A stretch of 64,000 nucleotides of DNA from Alphaproteobacteria bacterium (lineage in GTDB: Bacteria > Pseudomonadota > Alphaproteobacteria > UBA828). The DNA is taken from assembly GCA_009691045.1 (NCBI GenBank), contig SHWC01000001.1, positions 20,985 to 84,984 of the forward strand. The letters are read 5' to 3'. A program made the translations under genes and the position numbers. Below the pieces are notes generated by a model. It was given only the letters and a program-made list of their open reading frames with translations, ran no database searches and was not told where the DNA came from. This document shows, in pieces, positions 10,715 to 22,062 of this stretch (position 1 is its first letter; each line of letters starts with the position of its first letter).

Positions 10715-11239
10715 TTAGTGCACGCGGGCGCGGTCGCTCACTTTGGTGACGAGCGGCGTGCCGACCGAAAGATCGAGCGCCCATTCCGCCTTCTTGGCCG
10801 CTGCCGCCAACATGCTGCAGAACGAATGAAGCAGCTTGGGATCGAGGCGGACCGAGACCGTGCGGTTGTCGGTGGCGGTGAGCGTGAGCTCGACATTGCC
10901 CGAGCGCGAGGTCTTGAGCTGAGCGCCCGTTAGCAGCACGGGTTCTTCACCCAATGGGGTTTCCAGTTCACCGCCCTTATAGGCGGTTTTGAAATCCGCT
11001 TCGTTGATGGCGGCATCGTGCTGGAAAGACAGCAACGCCTTGCGGACTTCCTCGTCGCCCTGCTCGCCGACGCCGGGTTGGCGCTCCGCCACTTTGAGCA
11101 AGACATCCCACAGCGCGCGTACAAAACGGCGCGTCAGCCAAAGCCGATATTCTCTCTTTCCTGTCGTCGATAGACGCAACAACAGGCGGTCCTCTTCGGT
11201 CGAGACCGTGATGTTGAGTTGGTGCAGCGTGTCGGTCAT
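10715..11239 (-). CDS. hypothetical protein with an internal two-fold repeat (family not recognised)
   Basis: 174-aa ORF lying 33 bp downstream of, and co-directional with, the desaturase-like gene. Its composition looks coding. The N- and C-terminal halves share a beta-hairpin-plus-helix-like pattern: RLLLRLSTTGKREYRLWLTRRFVRALWDVLL versus NVELTLTATDNRTVSVRLDPKLLHSFCSMLA. Confidence 0.6.
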   Translation of the reverse strand: MTDTLHQLNITVSTEEDRLLLRLSTTGKREYRLWLTRRFVRALWDVLLKVAERQPGVGEQGDEEVRKALLSFQHDAAINEADFKTAYKGGELETPLGEEPVLLTGAQLKTSRSGNVELTLTATDNRTVSVRLDPKLLHSFCSMLAAAAKKAEWALDLSVGTPLVTKVSDRARVH

Positions 11240-11272
11240 GGGGTTGGGCGCGCCGAGCCGGCGCGCGCGGGC

Positions 11273-12094
11273 TCAGGTGTGCGCGAATTTGCGCTGGAGG
11301 CCTTGCGCGTATCGCCGAAACACCGCCCAAGCCAAGCGGGTCAAGAACCGGCCGAGCGCCCCTTGCGGTTTGATGCCGACGGCCTTCAGCGTCATGCCGA
11401 AGCCGAGCTCGACATGCTCATAGCGATAGCGCGGTAGCGTGCGCGCCGCATAGGCCATGGTGCAGCGACGCCGATCATAAGGCCGTGTTTCACCCGAGCC
11501 GCAATGATAGGCATAAGCAAGCTCGTCATCGGTGCTTTCGATCAGGCGTTTGGCCGCCACCTTCACGCGCGAGATGGTGCTGACACGTTCCAAGGCCTGA
11601 TAGCGTTTCATATTGCTGTAAAAGAGCTTGTAGTGGCGAAACTCGTCGGCCGCAATGCGCCGGCAAATCTCGCGGAAAACCGGCTCCTCCGATGAATCGC
11701 GGAGCGCGCTGTAATGGGCCGAGGTGCCCACTTCGACCACGCAGCGCGCCACCAGCTCGCCGCAGCGCGAGCCCCGGATCGATTCATCGGCGTCGATCTC
11801 GATTCGGTGGCCGGCGACAAAACGGGCAAACGCCTCATCGAAATCGAAGCTCGGGTCGGCCAGTTGGGCATAGTGACGAAGAACCTTGCCGTGCTGGATC
11901 TCTTCCTCGGCCCAGTCGGTTGCGGCTGCCGCGAACTCGGGATCGCCGGGGAACACGCTGCACAAATAGGCGCCATAGTCCCCGCTGTGGTACTCGACCA
12001 TGCAGGCCGCTTTGGCAATCTTGACCATCTCGGGATCGAGCTTCGAGCGGTCGAGGCGATCCCACGGGATATCATTGAGCGTCCAGAGGCCCAT
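11273..12094 (-). CDS. ferritin-like di-iron protein, acyl-ACP desaturase-like
   Basis: Two ExxH-type di-iron motifs resemble soluble acyl-ACP desaturases: DWAEEEIQHG (compare WTAEENRHG) and IAADEFRHY (compare IAADEKRHE). ATG 12094 is preceded by GGAGA 9 nt upstream. The longer ORF starting at 12199 is unlikely. Confidence 0.7.
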   Translation of the reverse strand: MGLWTLNDIPWDRLDRSKLDPEMVKIAKAACMVEYHSGDYGAYLCSVFPGDPEFAAAATDWAEEEIQHGKVLRHYAQLADPSFDFDEAFARFVAGHRIEIDADESIRGSRCGELVARCVVEVGTSAHYSALRDSSEEPVFREICRRIAADEFRHYKLFYSNMKRYQALERVSTISRVKVAAKRLIESTDDELAYAYHCGSGETRPYDRRRCTMAYAARTLPRYRYEHVELGFGMTLKAVGIKPQGALGRFLTRLAWAVFRRYAQGLQRKFAHT

Positions 12095-12142
12095 GACGCA
12101 CCATCTCCACACACGTTTCTTATATAGTCTTCTTTTAGCTGG

Positions 12143-12170
12143 ATTATAGCCACAGGCTCGGCCTCGACAA
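12143..12170 (-). promoter_or_regulatory. putative sigma70-type promoter for the desaturase-like/hypothetical gene pair
   Basis: On the minus strand I read TTGTCG (plus-strand 12165-12170), a 16-nt spacer, then TATAAT (plus-strand 12143-12148). It lies in an AT-richer spacer about 50 nt upstream of ATG 12094. The RBS GGAGA is at plus-strand 12104-12108. Confidence 0.45.
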
Positions 12171-12296
12171 GCCGTGCATCGAGTCGCGGCGTGATTCACG
12201 CGGAGAATCGGCCAAAATGGCGCAAGCTATTGACGGTATTAAGGTTAATGCGGGCGTTTGTCGCCGGTGAACGGTCGACAAAACGGCGCGACTACG

Positions 12297-12707
12297 TCAG
12301 CCGCCAGCGACCTCAAGCATGGCGCGCGCGATCACAATGGCCGCCTCGGCCCGCGCTTTTTCGGCATCGCCTTGTGCATCGCGGATCTCAAGTTCGGCCT
12401 CTTCTAGGCCTTTGCGCGCGGCCTCCCGGTCGATCTCCTCGACCGGCATGGCGATGCTGGAGAGCACCGTGCAGCGCTCGGCCGTGACCTCGGCAAAGCC
12501 ACCGGCGACAAAAAAGCGCGCCTTCGACTTGATCGCCGGGTATTCGAAAATCTCGACAATGCCGGGGCGGACCGCGGAAATCAGTGGCGAATGGCCCGGC
12601 AATACGCCGAACTCACCTTCCGAGCCGGGCACGACGACCATCTCGACCTGATCCGAATAAATCAGGCGTTCTGGGGCGACCAGCTCGAATTGAAACGTAT
12701 CGGCCAT
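12297..12707 (-). CDS. atpC: F0F1 ATP synthase subunit epsilon
   Basis: 136-aa ORF that is the last gene of the atpHAGDC block. The N-terminus FQFELVAPERLIYS is typical of epsilon. Confidence 0.9.
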   Translation of the reverse strand: MADTFQFELVAPERLIYSDQVEMVVVPGSEGEFGVLPGHSPLISAVRPGIVEIFEYPAIKSKARFFVAGGFAEVTAERCTVLSSIAMPVEEIDREAARKGLEEAELEIRDAQGDAEKARAEAAIVIARAMLEVAGG

Positions 12708-12742
12708 GATCGATCTTTCTCTTACGCCGCCTCGGCGATCTC

Positions 12743-14188
<1,446 letters not shown>

Positions 14189-14207
14189 CTAAAAGTGCGT
14201 GCCGCGT

Positions 14208-15095
14208 CTAGAGCGCTTCCGCGCCCGACACGATTTCGATGAGTTCTTTGGTGATCTGCGCTTGACGCGTGCGGTTGTAGTTGAGCGTCAGCTTGTCGAT
14301 CATATCGCCGGCATTGCGCGTCGCGTTATCCATCGCGCTCATGCGGGCACCTTGCTCGCTCGCCGCGTTCTCCAACAACGAGCGGAACACCTGAACCGCG
14401 AGATTGCGTGGCAGGAGCTCGGAAACGATATCCTGCTCCTCCGGCTCGAATTCATAGATCGGCAGGTCTTTGGTCTCGGCGCCGCCGGCGTCGGCATCCG
14501 ACGCGGCAAAGGGGATCAGGCGCTGGAAGGTGACGACCTGGCTGATGACCGATTTGAAGCGGTTGTAAACGATGGTGCAGGTATCAAAGGCGCCCTCGGC
14601 ATAGAGCGCGGTCAGGCGCTCGGCGACCTTGGCTGCCTCGTCATATTTCGGGCCACGCCGGCCGATGCCTTGCACATGCTCGATAATCAGCGAGCCATAA
14701 TCGCGCGAAATCTGCTCGCGGCCCTTGCGGCCGACGGTGAATAGCTTGACCGTCTTGCCCTCTTTGAGCACGGCCGCGATGCGCCGGCGCGTGGCGCGGA
14801 CAATCGAGGAATTAAAGCCGCCGCAGAGGCCGCGATCGGCCGTCGCGAGCACGATCAAGTGCACTTTGTCCGAGCCGGTGCCGACGAGGAGGGGGTTGCC
14901 ATCGGGCCGCCCGCCCATCGCTTGCGCGAGCGAAGAGACCATGCGCTCCAAGCGCTCGACATAGGGCCGGGCCGCGACGGCGGCGTCTTGCGCGCGACGC
15001 AGCTTTGAGCCCGCGACGAGCTTCATCGCCGAGGTGATCTTCCGCGTCTGCTTGACGCTGTTGATCCGAATACGAAGGGTTTTAAGACTCGGCAT
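14208..15095 (-). CDS. atpG: F0F1 ATP synthase subunit gamma
   Basis: 295 aa, with the N-terminus MPSLKTLRIRINSVKQTRKITSAMKLVA and the C-terminus ITKELIEIVSGAEAL. Confidence 0.95.
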   Translation of the reverse strand: MPSLKTLRIRINSVKQTRKITSAMKLVAGSKLRRAQDAAVAARPYVERLERMVSSLAQAMGGRPDGNPLLVGTGSDKVHLIVLATADRGLCGGFNSSIVRATRRRIAAVLKEGKTVKLFTVGRKGREQISRDYGSLIIEHVQGIGRRGPKYDEAAKVAERLTALYAEGAFDTCTIVYNRFKSVISQVVTFQRLIPFAASDADAGGAETKDLPIYEFEPEEQDIVSELLPRNLAVQVFRSLLENAASEQGARMSAMDNATRNAGDMIDKLTLNYNRTRQAQITKELIEIVSGAEAL

Positions 15096-15141
15096 CGGCC
15101 TGTCCTACCGGGTCTCGGCCAAAGATTTGACACCCCGATCC

Positions 15142-15236
15142 GTCATGCCCGGGCGCAGACCCGGGCATCCAGCCTTGGGTGGCGCCATCCGCGCCGTCGA
15201 AACATGGATGGCCGGGTCGTCAAGCCCGGCCATGAC
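15142..15236. repeat. palindromic REP/MITE-like element, family 1, copy in the atpG-atpA spacer
   Basis: The sequence runs GTCATGCCCGGGCGCAGACCCGGGCATCCAG ... CATGGATGGCCGGGTCGTCAAGCCCGGCCATGAC. The termini are inverted repeats of each other and match the copies at 19861, 24237, 31745 and 60076. Confidence 0.85.
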
Positions 15237-15268
15237 GATAGAGGTGTGAGCGTTCCGCATCGGCCGCC

Positions 15269-16800
<1,532 letters not shown>

Positions 16801-16804
<4 letters not shown>

Positions 16805-17358
16805 GTCCCCTTCAACGCGAGTTCGAGATTTTGCAATTTTGTGCGGAGCGAATTGTCCAGCATACGCGAGCCGACCTTGACGATCAGCCCGCCAATGAGT
16901 GTGGGATCGACCTTGGCATCGAGCGTCACATCGCGCCCAACCACGCGCTTGACCGAATCGCGCACGGCCTGGAGATGCTCGGGCTTCAGCGGAATGGCCG
17001 AGATCACTTCGGCCGCGACCTCGCCGCGGTGGCGTGCGAGCCGCTCGCGATAGGCCGTAATCGTGCGCTCAAGCGCGAACAAGCGCCGGTTCTTGGCCAT
17101 CAGGCCAGCCAAATTCTTGACGATCGGGTTGATCCCTAAGCGCTCCAGCACGGCCGCGAGCGCGCGCGCCTGATCGACGCGGCTCAGCACGGGGCTGCGC
17201 AACAGCGCACGCAAATCGGCGCTCGTGCCGATCAAGATTTGAAGTCGGCCGAGATCGGTTGCCACGTTATCGAGCTGGCCACGCTCATCCGCCAGCGCGA
17301 AAAGCGCCGCGGCATAACGCTCAGCAAGGCCCGAAAGGCCGGTGTCCTGCGCTGCCAC
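16801..17358 (-). CDS. atpH: F0F1 ATP synthase subunit delta (OSCP)
   Basis: 185 aa, first gene of the F1 block, with a 4-nt overlap with atpA. Confidence 0.9.
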
Positions 17359-17564
17359 CGCTCACTTGCTCCCTAGGTTCCGTTTGGCGCGACCCGCTTG
17401 GTTGGTGCGAGCCATCACTCTTTATTTTGGGGGAAATCGACCGCGACGAAGGGCCTCGCGCGGCCCCGCCCGCCCGAAAGGCGTGCGATAGGTATCACAA
17501 CGCCCCGGCCGGTTCAACCGCGCGTAACAAATCATGATAGACGTGCTAAATCAACGTGTTAGGC

Positions 17565-19793
17565 TTAAAGGAAGCTATAGGGGTCGATATCGGCCTGAAT
17601 CGCGACACCGGTCTTGCGCGGCATGGAGGCGAGCCAGCGGCGAAGATAGGGCTGCAAGCGCGAATCCTTCGGCGCCTTGATCAACACACGTTGGCGATGC
17701 CGGCCGCGGAGGAGCGCGAGAGGCGCAGGCGCGGGGCCCAGAATTTCGATCGGCGAATGCGCCCCAAGGTCGGCGCGCGCAATGCGGGCGAGGGCGCGCG
17801 CGGCCTCCGCCGCCTCGCGCTCGGTGCGGGCGGAAATGATCAGGGCCGCCAGCCGGCCAAAGGGCGGCAGGCCATGGGCTTTGCGTTGCGCGGCCTCCTC
17901 GGCCAGAAAGCGGTCGCGCTCGCCCGAGACTAGCGCCGCCATCACCGGGTGCTCGGGCATGTAGGTTTGCAGCAGCACGCGGCCTTTGCGATCGGCGCGC
18001 CCGGCGCGCCCGGCGACTTGTTGCAGCAATTGGAAGGTGCGCTCGGCCGCGCGCAGATCGCCGCCTGCGAGGCCGAGATCGGCATCGACCACGCCAACCA
18101 ACGTGAGCAGCGGGAAATGGTGGCCCTTGGCGACGATCTGGGTGCCGACCAGCGCGTCGATCTCGCGCCGCTCGATGCGCTGGATCAGGGCGGCGGCCTC
18201 GGCCGGTGTCGCGATCGTGTCGCTGGTCGCGAGCGCGAAGCGGGCCTCGGGGAAGAGCGCTGTGACCTCCTCGGCCAGGCGTTCGACGCCGGGGCCGCAG
18301 GCGGCGAGCCGGCCGAGCGCGCCGCACGATGGGCAGGCCTCGGGCAGAGCGGTCCCGTAGCCGCAATGGTGGCAGGACAGCCGGTTGGCGAAGCGATGCT
18401 CGACCAGCCACGACGTGCAGTTCGGGCAATTCAGGCGGTGGCCGCAGGCGCGGCAGAGCGTAAGCGGCGCATAGCCGCGCCGATTGAGAAAGAGCAGCGC
18501 CTGTTCGCCGGCGGCGAAAGTTTCGCGAAGCGCCTCACGCAACAATGGCGCGAGCCAGGTGCCGCGCGGCGGTGCGTCGCGCCGCAAATCGATCGCGGCG
18601 ATCAATGGCATTTCGGCATCGCCATGGCGCTCGGGCAAAACAAGCCGCCGATAGCGCCCGGCCTCGACATTGTTCAATGTTTCGAGCGCGGGCGTGGCGG
18701 AGGACAGCACGATCGGCGCGCCCTCAAGCCGCGCGCGCACCACCGCCATGTCGCGCGCTTGGTAGATCACGCCGTCTTCTTGTTTGAACGCGCTCTCATG
18801 TTCCTCATCGACCACGATCAAGCCCAATTTTGGGAAGGGCAGAAACAGCGCCGAGCGCGCGCCAACCACGACGGAAATCTCGCCATTGGCAATGCCGCGC
18901 CAGGTTTCGCGCCGGCGTTTGGCGCCAAGCTCGGAATGCCATTCAGCGGGCGCCGCGCCGAAGCGCACGCGGAAGCGGGCCATCCATTGCGGCGTCAAAG
19001 CGATTTCAGGCACCAGCACGAGCGCTTGTTTGCCGGCGCGTAAAGCCGCGGCGATCGCTTCGAAATAGACTTCGGTTTTGCCCGAACCGGTCACGCCATC
19101 GAGCAGCGTGACCGTGAAGCCGCCGTTCTTCGCTTTGCCGATCAGATCGTTCGAGGCCTCGATTTGATCGGGCGACAGCGTGGGGCCGGGATGATCGGGA
19201 TCGGGCGCGGGAAATTGAGGGCGCGGCAAGGGCACCTCGATCAGAGCGCCGGCTTTGGCGAGGCCGCGCACGACCGCAACGCCGACACCCGCCTCGCGCG
19301 CGAGATCGGCCGCGCTCAGCGTCGGCTTGTTGTTGAGGGCCGCCAATACGCGCATGCGCGCTGGCGTGAGCTTGGCGGGTGGCGGCGGCCCCAGCGCGTA
19401 ACCGAGCAGAGGGGCGGGCGGTTCGAGCGCATCCGGCACGCTTAAGGCCATGCGCAAGACCGCGCCCCGGCTGGCCAGCGTGTAGTCCGCGACCCAATCG
19501 ATCAGGGCGCGGAGCTTGGCGGGCAGAGGCGGCACCGCGCGAACGCTCGCGATATCTTTCAGCCGCGCGGGCGCGACGGCGCCTTCGCCCTCGCCCCAGA
19601 CCACCCCGACCAGCCGACGCTGGCCGAGCGGCACTTCGACGATGGCGCCGGGGACAATTTCAAGGCCGTCAGGCACGCGGTAGTCATAGGCGGTATCGAG
19701 CGCGAGCGGCAGCAGCACGCTCACCGTATGAGGCGCAGCGGTGGCGGCTGGCTCATTGGTCGCGGTGGGCGTCGTGGCGTGGGGCTGGGCCAT
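17565..19793 (-). CDS. priA: primosomal replication restart helicase PriA
   Basis: 742 aa, with Walker [12 protein letters not shown], a DEEH box (VVDEEHE) and the Cys-rich zinc region [20 protein letters not shown]...CHHCGY...CPSCG. Confidence 0.93.
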   Translation of the reverse strand: MAQPHATTPTATNEPAATAAPHTVSVLLPLALDTAYDYRVPDGLEIVPGAIVEVPLGQRRLVGVVWGEGEGAVAPARLKDIASVRAVPPLPAKLRALIDWVADYTLASRGAVLRMALSVPDALEPPAPLLGYALGPPPPAKLTPARMRVLAALNNKPTLSAADLAREAGVGVAVVRGLAKAGALIEVPLPRPQFPAPDPDHPGPTLSPDQIEASNDLIGKAKNGGFTVTLLDGVTGSGKTEVYFEAIAAALRAGKQALVLVPEIALTPQWMARFRVRFGAAPAEWHSELGAKRRRETWRGIANGEISVVVGARSALFLPFPKLGLIVVDEEHESAFKQEDGVIYQARDMAVVRARLEGAPIVLSSATPALETLNNVEAGRYRRLVLPERHGDAEMPLIAAIDLRRDAPPRGTWLAPLLREALRETFAAGEQALLFLNRRGYAPLTLCRACGHRLNCPNCTSWLVEHRFANRLSCHHCGYGTALPEACPSCGALGRLAACGPGVERLAEEVTALFPEARFALATSDTIATPAEAAALIQRIERREIDALVGTQIVAKGHHFPLLTLVGVVDADLGLAGGDLRAAERTFQLLQQVAGRAGRADRKGRVLLQTYMPEHPVMAALVSGERDRFLAEEAAQRKAHGLPPFGRLAALIISARTEREAAEAARALARIARADLGAHSPIEILGPAPAPLALLRGRHRQRVLIKAPKDSRLQPYLRRWLASMPRKTGVAIQADIDPYSFL

Positions 19794-19816
19794 CCGATAG
19801 ACTTTCGCAGACGACT

Positions 19817-19969
19817 CGGGCGCGCCTCAAGCGGGGCGCCCAGTTACCGGTTCCTATTCCGTCATGCCCGGCCTTGAGCCGGGCATCCAGGCCTCCTCTT
19901 AAGACTGGATTGCAGGGTCAAGCCCGGCAATGACGCGGTGGGAGACACGGGCGCGCCTCAAGCGGGGCG
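19817..19969. repeat. 22-bp direct repeat pair bracketing the family-1 element
   Basis: CGGGCGCGCCTCAAGCGGGGCG occurs identically at 19817-19838 and 19948-19969, on either side of the 19861-19934 element. Confidence 0.8.
19861..19934. repeat. palindromic REP/MITE-like element, family 1, copy in the priA/tal divergent spacer
   Basis: GTCATGCCCGGCCTTGAGCCGGGCATCCAGGCCTCCTCTTAAGACTGGATTGCAGGGTCAAGCCCGGCAATGAC. The two roughly 30-nt arms are imperfect reverse complements of each other. Confidence 0.9.
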
Positions 19970-19978
19970 GGCCTCGCC

Positions 19979-20029
19979 CTTCGACAGGCTCAGGGTGAGG
20001 CCTCATGCTGAGCCTGTCGAAGCATGAGG
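19979..20029. repeat. palindromic element, family 2 (CTTCGACAGGCTCAG ... CTGAGCCTGTCGAAG)
   Basis: Perfect 15-bp stem formed by 19979-19993 and 20008-20022. An alternative stem pairs CCTCATGC (20001-20008) with GCATGAGG (20022-20029). Related sequence occurs at 41481-41600. Confidence 0.8.
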
Positions 20030-20041
20030 GCAATAACGCGC

Positions 20042-20707
20042 ATGAAGTTTTTCGTTGATACGGCGGATGTTGGCGAGATCAAAGAGCTTGCCGCGACCGG
20101 GTTGTTGGATGGTGTGACCACCAATCCGAGCCTGGTGGCGAAATCGGGCGGTAATTTTTTCGACACGATCGCGAAAATTTGTGCGCTGGTGCCGGGCCCG
20201 GTCTCGGCCGAGGTGACCGCGACGCAGGCCGATCAGATGATCGCCGAGGGCAAGAAGCTTGCCGCCATCGCCAAGAATGTCGCGGTCAAAGTGCCGCTGA
20301 CCTGGGATGGCCTCAAGGCCTGCCGCGCGCTCAGCCAGAGCGGCTCCAAGGTCAATGTCACGCTTTGTTTTTCAGCGACGCAGGCGCTGCTCGCGGCCAA
20401 AGCGGGCGCGTCCTTCATCTCGCCCTTTGTCGGGCGGCTCGACGATATCGGCCAAGACGGCATGCAATTGATCGCCGATATCTGCACGATCTATCGCAAT
20501 TACCCGGATACGATTCAGACCGAAGTGTTGGTCGCCTCGATCCGCCATCCGATTCATTTGTTGCAGGCGGCGAAGCTTGGCGCGCATGTCGCGACCATTC
20601 CGCCCGATGTGATGAAGAAGCTCGTGACGCATCCCTTGACCGATAAGGGCCTGGCCGCGTTCCTGGCGGATTGGGCCAAGACCGGGCAGACGATTTTGGC
20701 TCCCTGA
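20042..20707 (+). CDS. tal: type 3B transaldolase / fructose-6-phosphate aldolase family protein
   Basis: About 221 aa, starting [15 protein letters not shown], with GVTTNPSL and the Schiff-base Lys context NVAVKVP. I chose ATG 20042 inside ORF 20024..20707. Confidence 0.9.
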   Translation: MKFFVDTADVGEIKELAATGLLDGVTTNPSLVAKSGGNFFDTIAKICALVPGPVSAEVTATQADQMIAEGKKLAAIAKNVAVKVPLTWDGLKACRALSQSGSKVNVTLCFSATQALLAAKAGASFISPFVGRLDDIGQDGMQLIADICTIYRNYPDTIQTEVLVASIRHPIHLLQAAKLGAHVATIPPDVMKKLVTHPLTDKGLAAFLADWAKTGQTILAP

Positions 20708-20711
20708 CGCC

Positions 20712-22001
20712 ATGGACCAAGCGCTCGCCGCCGCGATCGAGTCCTGGCGGCGTTGGCTTGCGCATGAACGACGCGCCTCAAGCCATACGCTCAGCGCCTA
20801 TCAGCGCGATCTCGCGGCGTTTCTTGCGTTCGTGACCGATCATGTTGGCGCGGCGCCGACGCTCACGAGTTTGAGCGCGCTTAAAGTCAGCGATTTCCGC
20901 GCCTATTTGGCACACCGCGTGACAGGTGGTTTGGCGAAATCGTCGAACGCGCGCACGCTTTCAACGCTGCGCGGTTTTTTCCGCCATCTCGAGCGCAATA
21001 ATCTGGCCGGCAATTCGGCCGTCGCGACCTTGCGCGGGCCGAAGCTGCCGCGCGTGTTGCCGCGCCCCTTGAGCGTGCATGACGCACGCGCGACGGTTGA
21101 GGCGGTGCATGATTTGGAGGATCCGCGTGCGCCCGCCTGGATCGCGAAGCGCGACACGGCTGTGTTGCTGTTGCTCTATGGCAGTGGGCTCCGGCTCGGC
21201 GAGGCGCTGTCCTTAAGGCGTGGCGATGTCGAGCGGTTGATCGGCTCTGACCCCTCACCAATCCGTTCGACACCCCTCACCCCTCCCTCTCCCCCGAGGG
21301 GAGAGGGGGCAGGAAAAAAGATCGGCGCGGCGGCGTTGCTCTCGTCCCACGGGGGAGGTGAGACGAAAACCTCAGACTCGCGGCCGCCTTCTCTCGACCC
21401 CTCACCCCGCGGGCTTCGCCCGCCTCCCTCTCCCACAAGGGGAGAGGGGGAAAGAAGGGAAGGCGCGGGGCCAACTTCCCTTGACCCCTCTCCCCTTGGG
21501 GGAGAGGGCGGCAAGCCTTGGGCGAAGGGCCAAGGGGAGCGGGTGAGGGGTGTGGCTGATACAAGCACGCGCGTCGCTACGCTGATCGTGCGCGGCAAGG
21601 GCAATAAAGAACGCGCGGTGCCGGTGCTGCCGGTGGTGCGCGAGGCGCTCGCCGATTATCTCGCCGCCTGCCCGCAGGCCATCGGCGCCCATGATCCGAT
21701 CTTCGTCGGTGTGCAAGGGAGGACGCTTAGCCCGCGCGCCGTGCAAGCCTTGATGGCGCGTTTACGTCAGTCGCTCGGTTTGCCCGACAGCGCGACGCCG
21801 CACGCGCTGCGCCATAGTTTCGCGACGCATCTACTTTCGGGCGGCGGCGATTTGCGCACGATCCAGGAATTACTGGGTCATGCCTCGCTCTCGACGACGC
21901 AGCGTTATACCGGCGTCGCCGACGAGAGTATGCGCGCGCAATACCTCAAGGCACACCCAAGGGCGAAAGCGCGAGAGAACCCGTCCGCGGCTAAAATTTG
22001 A
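20712..22001 (+). CDS. xerC: tyrosine recombinase XerC/XerD family, carrying an in-frame repeat-derived insertion of about 115 codons
   Basis: The N-terminal core-binding region (WLAHERRASSHTLSAYQRDL) and the catalytic residue contexts are all present: GLRLGEAL (Arg), GKGNKERAVP (Lys), HALRHSFATH (HxxR) and LLGHASLSTTQRY (His, Tyr). The ORF is 429 aa, whereas this family is usually about 300 aa. Confidence 0.85.
   Translation: MDQALAAAIESWRRWLAHERRASSHTLSAYQRDLAAFLAFVTDHVGAAPTLTSLSALKVSDFRAYLAHRVTGGLAKSSNARTLSTLRGFFRHLERNNLAGNSAVATLRGPKLPRVLPRPLSVHDARATVEAVHDLEDPRAPAWIAKRDTAVLLLLYGSGLRLGEALSLRRGDVERLIGSDPSPIRSTPLTPPSPPRGEGAGKKIGAAALLSSHGGGETKTSDSRPPSLDPSPRGLRPPPSPTRGEGERREGAGPTSLDPSPLGGEGGKPWAKGQGERVRGVADTSTRVATLIVRGKGNKERAVPVLPVVREALADYLAACPQAIGAHDPIFVGVQGRTLSPRAVQALMARLRQSLGLPDSATPHALRHSFATHLLSGGGDLRTIQELLGHASLSTTQRYTGVADESMRAQYLKAHPRAKARENPSAAKI
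21249..21552. repeat. three tandem palindromic units (family 3) lying inside the xerC reading frame
   Basis: Units start at 21249/21269, 21396 and 21483 (GACCCCTCACC / GACCCCTCTCC). Each contains a CCCTCTCCC(C)-loop-(G)GGGAGAGGG hairpin: 21285-21307, 21426-21448 and 21486-21508. The block is bracketed by inverted CACCCCTCACCC (21271-21282) and GGGTGAGGGGTG (21541-21552). Confidence 0.85.
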
Positions 22002-22028
22002 AAGCCGCGCATCGAGTGATCTGTACGC

Positions 22029-22057
22029 TTGACGTATCGCGTCTAAATCGCTAATAT
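22029..22057 (+). promoter_or_regulatory. putative sigma70-type promoter of higBA, probably giving a leaderless or near-leaderless transcript
   Basis: TTGACG (22029-22034), a 17-nt spacer, then TAATAT (22052-22057). The higB ATG at 22063 lies only 5 nt after the -10 element, and there is no Shine-Dalgarno sequence. Confidence 0.45.
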
Positions 22058-22062
22058 ATTTT

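Noticed and set aside
15034-15249. Small ORFs translating the palindromic elements, for example …VMPGRRPGHPALGG… at 15034..15249, and also 24173..24407, 31712..31909 and 61289..61548.
   Set aside because: They read straight through REP/MITE-like hairpins on both strands, and each copy opens a different frame. These are repeat artefacts, not peptides.
21249-21552. The possibility that the clustered palindromic repeats form a CRISPR array.
   Set aside because: The units are imperfect, irregularly spaced and lie inside an open reading frame. They belong to a dispersed family also seen at 61364-61509. There are no cas genes and no constant repeat/spacer periodicity.
22002-22062. The possibility of a dif-like XerC/D recombination site in the AT-rich stretch after xerC.
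   Set aside because: I found no 28-bp imperfect palindrome resembling the dif consensus (two roughly 11-bp arms around a 6-bp core). The AT-rich sequence is better explained as the higBA promoter.
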